DNA from: a virus
Lineage: Duplodnaviria; Caudoviricetes
Direction: 5' to 3' (one strand)
Virus record (IMG/VR): IMGVR_UViG_3300044580_000315
Span: 1-47,121 of that record
DNA length: 47,121 bases
This document shows positions 35,241-43,110 of the stretch, piece after piece; within the stretch, counting starts at the first letter, position 1, and the number at the start of each line of letters is the position of its first letter. The position numbers and the translations under genes were made by a program. The notes under the pieces were generated by a model. The model was not told where the DNA came from, did not search any database, and saw only the letters and a list, made by a program, of their open reading frames with translations.

Positions 35241-35264
35241 GTTTCAATCTACGCGCGGCGCGAC
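35241..35264 (-). repeat. Solitary, internally shortened type I-C CRISPR-repeat-like unit
   Basis: Minus strand reads GTCGCGCCGCGCGTAGATTGAAAC. Type I-C repeats have the form GTCGCGCC...GCGCGTGGATTGAAAC. Intergenic. Confidence 0.5.
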
Positions 35265-35366
35265 AACATTACAACCATATAGTTGTATTCTGTAATTATC
35301 GGGGAGCGAGAGAGGCTCCCTAAAAACCTAAGTCTGCCACCTCAGGGAGGTGGAAAGGAGAGGAAG

Positions 35367-35681
35367 ATGGAAAAACTGGGGACAATTAATGTGGTCCAGG
35401 AGAGGATCGCCACAGGGCGGATGCGGGACGCGGCGACTAAGATATACGTCCTGGTGGGAGCCGAGGCTAAAGAGGCCCTCCATGTCACGGACAATAAGGA
35501 CATGGTAGCCGCAGCAGACGAGGTCATGGGATATTATGATATCGTCCATCCCTCGATTATGGCGGGATCGTGGGAGGAGGCAATTGGGGATTTTATCCGC
35601 GTGGTCGAGCGCCGGCTCCTTAAAGAGGGTCTTGCAGAAGCTAACAAGTATGGCATTCTTTTTAGGCGGGAACAAAACTAA
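35367..35681 (+). CDS. Early hypothetical protein
   Basis: AGGAGAGG RBS before the ATG at 35367. Confidence 0.65.
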   Translation: MEKLGTINVVQERIATGRMRDAATKIYVLVGAEAKEALHVTDNKDMVAAADEVMGYYDIVHPSIMAGSWEEAIGDFIRVVERRLLKEGLAEANKYGILFRREQN

Positions 35682-35719
35682 AAAAAATCTGACAGCAATA
35701 TATCGGTAGGAGGTATAGT

Positions 35720-35938
35720 ATGATGATAACATGCCCACGATGCGGGGGTCAACATCAGGTTGACTATTACCATGGCCCCTATGGATTCGCCTATTGCGGC
35801 AATTATCTTTTACAGGTGTGCAACGGCACACAACGACTAATCATCTCTGATCCACTACTCTATACTTCTGCGCCCGCCCGCACCATGCTCATGACCATAC
35901 GTAATCTGATCCATCCTCCCGCAAGCTGGGATATCTAA
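35720..35938 (+). CDS. Small Zn-ribbon-like protein
   Basis: AGGAGG RBS. CPRCG motif. Confidence 0.55.
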   Translation: MMITCPRCGGQHQVDYYHGPYGFAYCGNYLLQVCNGTQRLIISDPLLYTSAPARTMLMTIRNLIHPPASWDI

Positions 35939-36078
35939 GCGTTTCAGACCACGCCTCTTACTTCGGCGTGGTCTTTAATGCGGGGAGCCGATCGCAACCC
36001 CGGCAATAGTTGCAGTGAGAAAGGGCTTTGTGAGGAGGCCTTAAAATATTTCCAAAGGAGATAACTACGTGTGATTTT

Positions 36079-36849
36079 ATGTCTTGGATCGAAGTGAAAA
36101 GAGGCCCAAAGTTATCTAAAGAACTTTATTACCTCGAAGACGACATCATCGAGTCTCTTCTTGCCTCAAAATCTGATGGTTGTATATTCGACTACGTTGG
36201 TCATAGTGCTATAGAAAATTACTTTGGCAACATTCCTTTAACTGCAGCGCACTGTGAAAGTGTGCTTAAAGTACCACCAGAAATCGCCAAAAAAATCAAT
36301 GCGGGCAATATGAACAAAATGCTCCGCGCCTGGGCCGGAGGTGGAAGCGGCACCCTCAAATACGATGCCAAAGGTTATTTAATTGAGGTCAACGGCTTTC
36401 CCTTCAAAGAAATAAAATCTACCTGCGGAGTACAGTACAACCCCAAAACAAACATCCATGCTTTCGAAAAAGGCGATCTCATTGTCCTCGGTGCGCATCA
36501 ATTCCAAAATGATCTGACTTCAGACGTCATTCGCACGGGAATAGTAAAGTGCGCGTTATTTTACGGCGATGATCCGCAAAATCATATAGAAAGTTGTTCG
36601 AGTGGCGCTTCTTCCACTCGTCAAAATTGGGCCAAAGGTTACATGGATAAATATGTTGGCGCTGTAATTCGCTATCCTGGGCGTAGCGACGATCAAGTCG
36701 ATCACTACGGAATGCCTTGCTTCCGCAAATTTGGTTGGTCTTGGCACCTCGGCGCGTGCCGCAAAGCAACTCCAGAAGAAGCTGCAAAAGCTCTTGCCGA
36801 AGGTCTTTTCGAAGACACTGAAAAGGGCAAAGCTCTTAGCTATAGCTGA
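36079..36849 (+). CDS. Hypothetical protein (256 aa)
   Basis: Long ORF in the early operon. No recognised family. Confidence 0.65.
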   Translation: MSWIEVKRGPKLSKELYYLEDDIIESLLASKSDGCIFDYVGHSAIENYFGNIPLTAAHCESVLKVPPEIAKKINAGNMNKMLRAWAGGGSGTLKYDAKGYLIEVNGFPFKEIKSTCGVQYNPKTNIHAFEKGDLIVLGAHQFQNDLTSDVIRTGIVKCALFYGDDPQNHIESCSSGASSTRQNWAKGYMDKYVGAVIRYPGRSDDQVDHYGMPCFRKFGWSWHLGACRKATPEEAAKALAEGLFEDTEKGKALSYS

Positions 36850-36860
36850 AAGTCTTTTCT

Positions 36861-36931
36861 TGCAGGCTAGTGTAATGGTAGCACGGCAGCCTTTGAAACT
36901 GCTGATAAAGGTTCAAGTCCTTTGCCTGCAA
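36861..36931 (+). tRNA. tRNA-Gln(UUG)
   Basis: Acceptor TGCAGGC/GCCTGCA. D arm GTGT-AATGGTA-GCAC. Anticodon loop CT-TTG-AA, with a C-A mismatch closing the stem. T arm AAAGG-TTCAAGT-CCTTT. No encoded CCA. Confidence 0.85.
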
Positions 36932-36991
36932 AGAGGTTAATAAACCTCCTGACGCTTGCGCGTTAGCAATTTTTCTATAAGGAGCTTCATT

Positions 36992-37261
36992 ATGAGTGAC
37001 AAAAAAGTTCTTTTCGAGGGCAGTGCGCAACTCACCCTCAAAATCGTCGACGACGAGAATTCAGGTCAAATGTCGGATGATCTTGGTCTCAGCGAGAAAG
37101 ACTATGAGGCTTTCGTTATGAGGTGCGCAACCGAAACTTGGGCAGTTCCTGACGAGACAACCTTTACGCAGACCTTTGCCAGACTCATGTCTCAGGGCTA
37201 CTTTACTGCTGAGGAACTTGGCTACTTGGTTGTTTTCGGCTTCAAGTATATGAGCCAATAA
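36992..37261 (+). CDS. Tandem paralog family, member 1
   Basis: LGLSEKD...GYFTAEELGYLVVFG. TAAGGAG RBS. Confidence 0.7.
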   Translation: MSDKKVLFEGSAQLTLKIVDDENSGQMSDDLGLSEKDYEAFVMRCATETWAVPDETTFTQTFARLMSQGYFTAEELGYLVVFGFKYMSQ

Positions 37262-37273
37262 AAGGAGAAGATT

Positions 37274-37561
37274 ATGGACAAGACAATCAATTTCACGGCT
37301 GAAATCACTTTCAACCATGCAGCAGAAGACCTCGACGCTTCCCTCAACTTTACCGAAGAAGAGGTAAATACTCTCTATGACAAAGTGATGCGCCTCTGTG
37401 AAGAGGAACAGGAACGAAGCAATGAAGTCAGTGTTGCTTTTGGCAACGGCCTCAAGAATGGCACCCTCAGCGCCAAGGAACTCGGCCTTATCGGCATGTA
37501 CGGCTTCATCCAGGCTTTCCGATTCGCGCAAAATGCTTGTCGCGCTCGGCAGCGTCAATAG
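37274..37561 (+). CDS. Tandem paralog family, member 2
   Basis: LNFTEEE...GTLSAKELGLIGMYG. AAAGGAG RBS. Confidence 0.7.
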   Translation: MDKTINFTAEITFNHAAEDLDASLNFTEEEVNTLYDKVMRLCEEEQERSNEVSVAFGNGLKNGTLSAKELGLIGMYGFIQAFRFAQNACRARQRQ

Positions 37562-37581
37562 CGACGACAAGGAGGACTAAC

Positions 37582-37887
37582 ATGACGGATGAAACACCAA
37601 AAGAAAAAAGCTCTATTCCCGAAGATGCAGCGCCCTCGGAAAACATTGCCTCTGGTCTCTGTCTCATCGACTATCACAAAGAGGCCATAACAGTCTCGGA
37701 GCGAGTCGGCCTGGGCGACAATGATGCTGTGATCGCCCTTTGCCGCAAGTTTGAAGTCATAGTCTCGTCGACGCCGAGAGCAGTTACGGCGGCAGACTTG
37801 GCCTTTCTCGCCCTGAAGCAAGGAGCTTTGAGCCCTCAAGAAGTAGGGTTTCTTGCCGCGCTTGGCATAAAATGTCTTTTCGAATAA
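37582..37887 (+). CDS. Tandem paralog family, member 3
   Basis: VGLGDND...GALSPQEVGFLAALG. AAGGAGG RBS. Confidence 0.7.
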   Translation: MTDETPKEKSSIPEDAAPSENIASGLCLIDYHKEAITVSERVGLGDNDAVIALCRKFEVIVSSTPRAVTAADLAFLALKQGALSPQEVGFLAALGIKCLFE

Positions 37888-37899
37888 AAGGAGAAAGCT

Positions 37900-38241
37900 A
37901 TGGATGAGAAAACAAGAGCAACGGAAGATGGAATAGCCGGAGGAATCCCTAATGTTCCTCAAGGCTATGTCGAGCGGCTGCCCGAGGACGAAACCTACGA
38001 AGGGAACTTTTCCTTCAGGTTCAGGCAGGCTGCCCCGCACACCCTTACCGGTAAAGTCGGCTTAAGTGGCGACGACGCCTTCGTCAACCTCGTGCAGAAG
38101 ATTGGCACCATCGCCGAGAACAAACTTGGCGGAAGAGGCACACCGGCAGAGCTTGCCTACGCCGTGATTAAATCCGGCGTCATGAGCCCGCAAGAGTACG
38201 CAGCTCTGATCGCTTTCGGCCTCGACAAGCTCACGGAGTAA
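37900..38241 (+). CDS. Tandem paralog family, member 4
   Basis: VGLSGDD...GVMSPQEYAALIAFG. AAAGGAG RBS. Confidence 0.7.
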   Translation: MDEKTRATEDGIAGGIPNVPQGYVERLPEDETYEGNFSFRFRQAAPHTLTGKVGLSGDDAFVNLVQKIGTIAENKLGGRGTPAELAYAVIKSGVMSPQEYAALIAFGLDKLTE

Positions 38242-38245
38242 GCCC

Positions 38246-38301
38246 TTAGGAGAGAGGAGGCGGCCAAACCTTTCGGCGGCGGTTTCCTCCTTCTCTCCTA
38301 A
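38246..38301. repeat. Intergenic hairpin formed by two inverted copies of the dispersed polypurine motif
   Basis: TTAGGAGAGAGGAGG...AAACC-loop-GGTTT-CCTCCTTCTCTCCTAA. Confidence 0.85.
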
Positions 38302-38318
38302 AATAAGGAGAAAGAGAA

Positions 38319-38585
38319 ATGATTTTCAACATACCCGAGAATGCTAAAGTGAGGCTCGGCGGCTTGCGAGAGCTCCGAGAATACTTAAGAGAGCACAGGC
38401 CGGAAAGTGACAGCGGCTACCCGGTAGTGCAGTATAGCATTAGGAGCAAGAAGCTCCAAAAGAAAGACGAGCTTAGGGCTATTGTGCGGCAGCATATTTT
38501 ACTGCCAGGCGGCTCGGTGCAGCCGATTTTCTTCGGTTTCCTTGACGATGTTATCTATAACGTCTGCATGGGAAAATATGAGTAA
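38319..38585 (+). CDS. Hypothetical protein
   Basis: AAGGAG RBS, 88 aa. Confidence 0.65.
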   Translation: MIFNIPENAKVRLGGLRELREYLREHRPESDSGYPVVQYSIRSKKLQKKDELRAIVRQHILLPGGSVQPIFFGFLDDVIYNVCMGKYE

Positions 38586-38602
38586 GAAAAGCCCCTCTCT
38601 AC

Positions 38603-38632
38603 TTGACATAGGGAGGGGATATCTGCTATCTT
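38603..38632 (+). promoter_or_regulatory. Sigma70-type promoter
   Basis: TTGACA-18nt-TATCTT with TG extension. The -35 box is flanked by the inverted repeat CCCCTCTCTA/TAGGGAGGGG. Confidence 0.65.
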
Positions 38633-38650
38633 AAATTGGGAGGTACTGCA

Positions 38651-38899
38651 ATGCGATCTGTGGTAGTAACGGCGGAAGTCGACGGCATAAAGTTCAAAGT
38701 TGAAGGCCATATGATGAAGGACTTCATTATTGCAGATGGTCAGCAAGGAGTGCTACTCACAGCTATTCGGCCTTATTGCGGCTGGCCAACTTTACTGCTG
38801 TCGAAAAGTAAGGAGTTTTTCGAGGTGCTCTATGAGCGCCTTGCTCAGGCAGTTTGGGAAGAAATTGCAAGGAGTGGCAAAATTGAAGAAGACATTTGA
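38651..38899 (+). CDS. Hypothetical protein
   Basis: GGAGG RBS before the ATG at 38651. Confidence 0.6.
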   Translation: MRSVVVTAEVDGIKFKVEGHMMKDFIIADGQQGVLLTAIRPYCGWPTLLLSKSKEFFEVLYERLAQAVWEEIARSGKIEEDI

Positions 38900-39059
38900 A
38901 GCAGAGGTAAAACTGAAAGGTGTTACTCCCTTACTCGTCTTTGTTATTGCTGCACATAACAGGGCAGAGGCAGAAATCATTGCGCGGGAAAACACAATGA
39001 TGTCCACTGATGTCGAGATACAGTCGATTAAAATAAACCTCAAGAAAGGAGAAAGATGA
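38874..39059 (+). CDS. Small hypothetical protein
   Basis: GTG start within track ORF 38730..39059. Overlap-coupled to both neighbours. Confidence 0.5.
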   Translation: MAKLKKTFEAEVKLKGVTPLLVFVIAAHNRAEAEIIARENTMMSTDVEIQSIKINLKKGER

Positions 39060-39817
39060 TGGGTATCCAGCAATTCTGCAAAGAACACAAAATGTGGGGC
39101 GCGGAAGATGCCAATTGCATCTTCTATGCCTATGTTGGAAGACCTCGTCCTAGCAGCGACTTTTGGAGTTCTCCTGATGGAGGATTTATCAGAGTAGGTA
39201 ATGCCGGTGATGAATTTCCTCTCCTCAAGTGGAATGAGTTCCTTATAAATCCCGATGGAGATATCGAGCTGCTCGAACCTATGGAAAAGGCAGGTGAGTC
39301 TGTTGTTGCACCGAAGAAAGAACCTGTTCAGGAATATTGCATAAGAAATCGGTGTTGGGTAGCCAAAGACGCTAATGGCAATAAGTTCGCGTATACCGAC
39401 AAGCCCTACATTCCACAGTCTAAAAAGTATTGGATTGGCCATCTTGGCCGTCTTCTTGAAGAATATTCTCTTGACTTTTCTATTTTTAACTCGGTGGATT
39501 GGGAAAATTCTCTTATTGGGCCTGACGGCATTTTAGTTGCGCTTGGAAAAGAGAAGAAGGAAGTACCGGCACCAAAAATTAAATGGATACCTAAACGCGG
39601 CGACCCAATTTTCGTTTGGGACGGTCATACTGAAGATACAATTCCGTGCTGTGTAAAGTATTTTTACTGTTTTGGAGGCTCACTATATCCAATAACGACG
39701 TTTAATGGAGACCTCAAAGGGGAGAAGGGTGCCAGTTTTTCTCATTGCCGTAAATTCGATCCTTCGCTTGTAGGCATTCCCAGAAAAGACTGGCCGCCGT
39801 CAGAAGATCAATATTAA
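39056..39817 (+). CDS. Hypothetical protein with a duplicated WxAxDxN...Y..(K/R)P...W module
   Basis: MWGAEDANCIFYAYVGRP..W and CWVAKDANGNKFAYTDKP..W. Confidence 0.65.
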   Translation: MMGIQQFCKEHKMWGAEDANCIFYAYVGRPRPSSDFWSSPDGGFIRVGNAGDEFPLLKWNEFLINPDGDIELLEPMEKAGESVVAPKKEPVQEYCIRNRCWVAKDANGNKFAYTDKPYIPQSKKYWIGHLGRLLEEYSLDFSIFNSVDWENSLIGPDGILVALGKEKKEVPAPKIKWIPKRGDPIFVWDGHTEDTIPCCVKYFYCFGGSLYPITTFNGDLKGEKGASFSHCRKFDPSLVGIPRKDWPPSEDQY

Positions 39818-39822
39818 CGTAT

Positions 39823-39904
39823 GGAAGTGGGAGCCTGAGGAGCAGGTACGCCGGAAGGGTTGATCGCCAACCGAAACGCACAGGTTCAAGTCCTGACACT
39901 TCCA
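39823..39904 (+). ncRNA. tRNA-like RNA lacking a canonical anticodon arm
   Basis: Acceptor-like GGAAGTG/CACTTCC. T arm CAGG-TTCAAGT-CCTG. Stems GCCTG/CAGGT and GGTTG/CAACC. Intergenic. Confidence 0.6.
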
Positions 39905-39923
39905 AGAGGGGGAGGGTATAAAG

Positions 39924-40190
39924 ATGAAAGGATTTCTCAGTACTTATCTATGGGCAATTGTTTTTGGGTTTGGATTAAAATTTTTTGGAGGTGTGAGCTT
40001 AAAAGATTATAGATTGTGGATTTTTATGTTTGCCATGGTTTTTTCTGTCGGTTTGGCGAAAAATCAAGCAAAAGACGAGGGATATAGAGAGGCAAAGGAA
40101 GAGTGCAGGAAAAGCCGTAATCTCTTTTTCAATGCTTTTCAAGGTAAAAGATATTTGATATCTAAGCATTTCGTTAAAAAAGGAGGTTGA
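39924..40190 (+). CDS. Small two-TM membrane protein
   Basis: Two hydrophobic segments. GGAGG RBS. Confidence 0.6.
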   Translation: MKGFLSTYLWAIVFGFGLKFFGGVSLKDYRLWIFMFAMVFSVGLAKNQAKDEGYREAKEECRKSRNLFFNAFQGKRYLISKHFVKKGG

Positions 40191-40407
40191 GAAATGAACC
40201 CTAGAAAATGGTGCATTGAAGGACGCGGAAGAGAAACTATGGAGGAGCCGCAAGGGCATTTGCCGCTCTGGGAGCAGCTTGCGCTCGTGGTCGGCCTTGT
40301 CGCAGTGTCGCTCCTTTTTATGGTTTGGGTCGTTGTCTTGTATTTTGCGATGACACCGGCGGGAGGATGAATCGTCTTGACGAAGAATATAGGAAGGAGG
40401 TTAAGGA

Positions 40408-40707
40408 ATGATCCAGCACACAATGCAAGAAATTGCAGACTTTTTTGGATGTTATGCGGCGAAAGATTCACAATATGCGCAGACTTGTGATTATCTTTGG
40501 CTATTCGAAAACAAGCCTTGTTATACAAGTGGAGTGTGGTATTTTACCGATGACTATTGTAAAATTGGGAAAGATTTAATATCCGACTTTGATACCCACG
40601 ATCCCTCTGTACTTGTCGAGCCGCGCAAAAATGTGGACATACTTTTCTGTGAGACTACTGCGGCATGTTATACGCATGGAATAAAGTTTGGAAGCAAGGA
40701 GGATTAA
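40408..40707 (+). CDS. Hypothetical protein with a module related to 39056..39817
   Basis: YAAKD...LWLFENKP...GVW. Confidence 0.6.
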   Translation: MIQHTMQEIADFFGCYAAKDSQYAQTCDYLWLFENKPCYTSGVWYFTDDYCKIGKDLISDFDTHDPSVLVEPRKNVDILFCETTAACYTHGIKFGSKED

Positions 40708-40708
40708 G

Positions 40709-40900
40709 ATGGGAAACGGAAAAGAGGAGTCTATTGAAAACATGAGTCTTCGTGATTATTTTGCAGGTCAGGCGATGCAAGGTTTTATCTTACGGGAGAA
40801 GAGTGGATTGATATTTTTTGCTTCTATAGCAGGTGCGTCTTACGATTTAGCCGATGCGATGCTTAAAGAACGAACAAGACAAACAGGCGAAAAAGATTAG
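40709..40900 (+). CDS. Conserved small phage protein
   Basis: MSLRDYFAGQAMQG...ASYDLADAMLKER, a widespread phage motif. Confidence 0.75.
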   Translation: MGNGKEESIENMSLRDYFAGQAMQGFILREKSGLIFFASIAGASYDLADAMLKERTRQTGEKD

Positions 40901-40943
40901 GAGGGATTATGTCTAAAAAAAATATCTGAGAGTATATGCTCTT

Positions 40944-41267
40944 GTGGATGCAATAGCTATGATAAGGGAAGAGCCTTATCAACAAATAGAAAAAGAAGGA
41001 TGGACACCAGAACATGATGATGAGCATTATCGCGGCGAGCTTGCTAAAGCCGCATGTGCGTATGCTCTCGGGAGGGCTGACCTGTTTCCCCAAAACTGGT
41101 CGCTGGCATGGTGGAAAACCCCAAGGAAGCAAAATGGTGAAATAGATCGCATCCGCGAGCTTGAAAAAGCAGGTGCGCTTATTGCAGCAGAAATTGACCG
41201 ACTATTACGGCTAGCGGCCATTGAAGGCAATGTGGAACACTTTCAGTCAGATTCAAGGAAGATGTGA
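40944..41267 (+). CDS. Conserved phage protein of unknown function
   Basis: Q.EKEGWTPEHDDEH..GELA.AA.AYA...WWK...RELEKAGALIAAEIDRL motif. Confidence 0.75.
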   Translation: MDAIAMIREEPYQQIEKEGWTPEHDDEHYRGELAKAACAYALGRADLFPQNWSLAWWKTPRKQNGEIDRIRELEKAGALIAAEIDRLLRLAAIEGNVEHFQSDSRKM

Positions 41268-41620
41268 GTAAAGAGGCAGAGAAATGAATGTAACTATTTG
41301 CGAGGATAAAGAAGCTCCAATTAAGGTTCATCTTAAATCTGGCAATATCCGATTCTCGGTTGCAAAGGCAATCGAGCTTAGGAATAGACTAGACTCCGCG
41401 ATTCAGCGCGTTAAGAAAAGCAAAGAGGCAGAAAAATGATGGATGATATCGATAGGATTAGAGCTGAAGAATTTATTGCATTGATCTATACGGAAATTGC
41501 ATATGGTGAACAGGAAAATGCCCAAACAGGCTCATGGCAATCTGACCACAGAGAAATTATTTCCGAGTACAAAAGAAGCCTCGATGAAATAATTGCAAAA
41601 TATCGATAAGGAGGCCACGC

Positions 41621-41974
41621 ATGAGTGAAACAATAGGCTCTAAGTTGCTGCTCGGAATAGCGAAAACAGAGGCAAGGAAGATTATTGATAATGCTCCTGC
41701 TGCACTGAAAGCGCATGGACAAATGAATTTGGTGCAGATGCTAGATACACTACTCAATGCCCTCGAAGCGGCAGAGGCGAAGCTGGCAGAGCGGGAGTGG
41801 ATAAGTGTTAAGGTAAGACTCCCCAAGGATGGACAGGAAGTATTGCTGTGTAGCCCGGAAGATACTCCCTGTGTGGGAAGATACTACGCCGATTTGGAAG
41901 AGTTCAGAGACTACGAAGAAGAAATTATCCACGCAACTCACTGGATGCCCTTACCGGAGCCTCATCGAGGATAG
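41621..41974 (+). CDS. DUF551-domain protein
   Basis: WISVKVRLP...VL...THWMPLPEP. Confidence 0.8.
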   Translation: MSETIGSKLLLGIAKTEARKIIDNAPAALKAHGQMNLVQMLDTLLNALEAAEAKLAEREWISVKVRLPKDGQEVLLCSPEDTPCVGRYYADLEEFRDYEEEIIHATHWMPLPEPHRG

Positions 41975-41983
41975 GAGCTAAAA

Positions 41984-42577
41984 GTGAAAGACTACAAAGA
42001 GATGTGGGAAAGGTATCTTGCGATTACTAACTGGCAAGAGGCAGGTAAACATACAGATTATGCTATATATAAAGAAGGCAATAATGTCTTCATATTTTTC
42101 CAAGGCAGTGATGAGCCTATTGATTGGCTCCGTGACCTCATGATTTGGCCTGTGTCTTTCTCTCGGTCACACGATGTCTTTGTTCACGCTGGTTTTGCTA
42201 AAGAGTACCGAGAGTTTGCACGCAAAGAATCGAGCAATATATTAAAAACTCTACATATGCAAGATACTATATATATTATAGGATATTCTTCGGGAGCAGC
42301 TCTGGCAGTTTTATTAGCACGCTCTTTGTGGATAACTAAAAGCGTCAAGGTATTTACTTTCGCCTCTCCAAAATTATTTTGGCTCGAAACTCCCTTTTAT
42401 CCCAGCACTAAAGACGTAATAAATGTGAGGATAAAAGGAGATATAGTACCTAAAATATTCTCTATTTTCGGCTACAGTAAAAACCCAGGCAAGAATATTA
42501 TATTGCCTTCTCCTTATAGGTCGCCCTCTAAAAACCACTTGCCTGTAGCTTATACCACTGCAATAAGGAAGAGCTAA
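41984..42577 (+). CDS. Lipase class 3 (alpha/beta hydrolase)
   Basis: FQGS...DW..D, VHAGF, IGYSSGAALA (GxSxG), FTFASPK, GDIVP and C-terminal NH...Y, giving a Ser-Asp-His triad. Confidence 0.85.
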   Translation: MKDYKEMWERYLAITNWQEAGKHTDYAIYKEGNNVFIFFQGSDEPIDWLRDLMIWPVSFSRSHDVFVHAGFAKEYREFARKESSNILKTLHMQDTIYIIGYSSGAALAVLLARSLWITKSVKVFTFASPKLFWLETPFYPSTKDVINVRIKGDIVPKIFSIFGYSKNPGKNIILPSPYRSPSKNHLPVAYTTAIRKS

Positions 42578-42895
42578 ATGGAAGAGAGAGCAATAGCGCC
42601 GGATAATCAAGGCCGCGACGATGCGACTTGGCGCTTCATAACTTTCGGTTGGCTTCGAGAAAGCCCTCTTGTCGATAAGACTTCAATAGGTGAGGAAAGG
42701 CTTTCTTATGGAATAATCGGCAGATATGAATATATCTGCACTTATGGCACAACTAGAGTAGTAAAAACGACTATAGAGTCGATGCGTCGATTTCTTGGTT
42801 GCAATCGAAGCGTATTGACCGCGCTCAAGCCTGGGGAGCGAAAGGAGGTAACTATTCGACACAGGCACTATGTTTTAGAAAGGAGAATGCTATGA
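42578..42895 (+). CDS. Hypothetical protein
   Basis: Coupled ORF in the operon. Confidence 0.5.
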   Translation: MEERAIAPDNQGRDDATWRFITFGWLRESPLVDKTSIGEERLSYGIIGRYEYICTYGTTRVVKTTIESMRRFLGCNRSVLTALKPGERKEVTIRHRHYVLERRML

Positions 42896-43110
42896 AATTT
42901 TTAGGATCGCTTCTCTGTGATTTCTGCATGCAAGAAGTAAAAGACACTTCTAAAGTCGGCAAGCTCACTTTTGTGACTCCAACCCACACTTACAGCTGGC
43001 TTGATATATGCCCTGACTGCACTCCCCACATTCTTTCTGCCTTGCGCATTGAGGGCAGGCGCCTTACAGAGGAGAGAAGGAGGAGCGAAGATGCTGCCGA
43101 GCAACTTTAG
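42892..43110 (+). CDS. Small Zn-finger protein
   Basis: AAGGAG RBS. CDFC...DICPDC. Confidence 0.65.
   Translation: MKFLGSLLCDFCMQEVKDTSKVGKLTFVTPTHTYSWLDICPDCTPHILSALRIEGRRLTEERRRSEDAAEQL

Noticed and set aside
36932-36975. Theta (HDV-like) ribozyme after tRNA-Gln
   Set aside because: Only two simple hairpins (GAGGT/ACCTC and CTGACGC/GCGTTAG). There is no room for the nested double pseudoknot.
39815-39904. Hammerhead ribozyme (CTGAGGA...GAAAC present)
   Set aside because: Stems I and II cannot be formed adjacent to the core. The tRNA-like fold explains the pairing better.
43070-43087. Dispersed polypurine motif being merely strong Shine-Dalgarno sites
   Set aside because: Only this copy sits at RBS distance from an annotated start codon. 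Most copies are mid-gene, and many are antisense to the mRNA.
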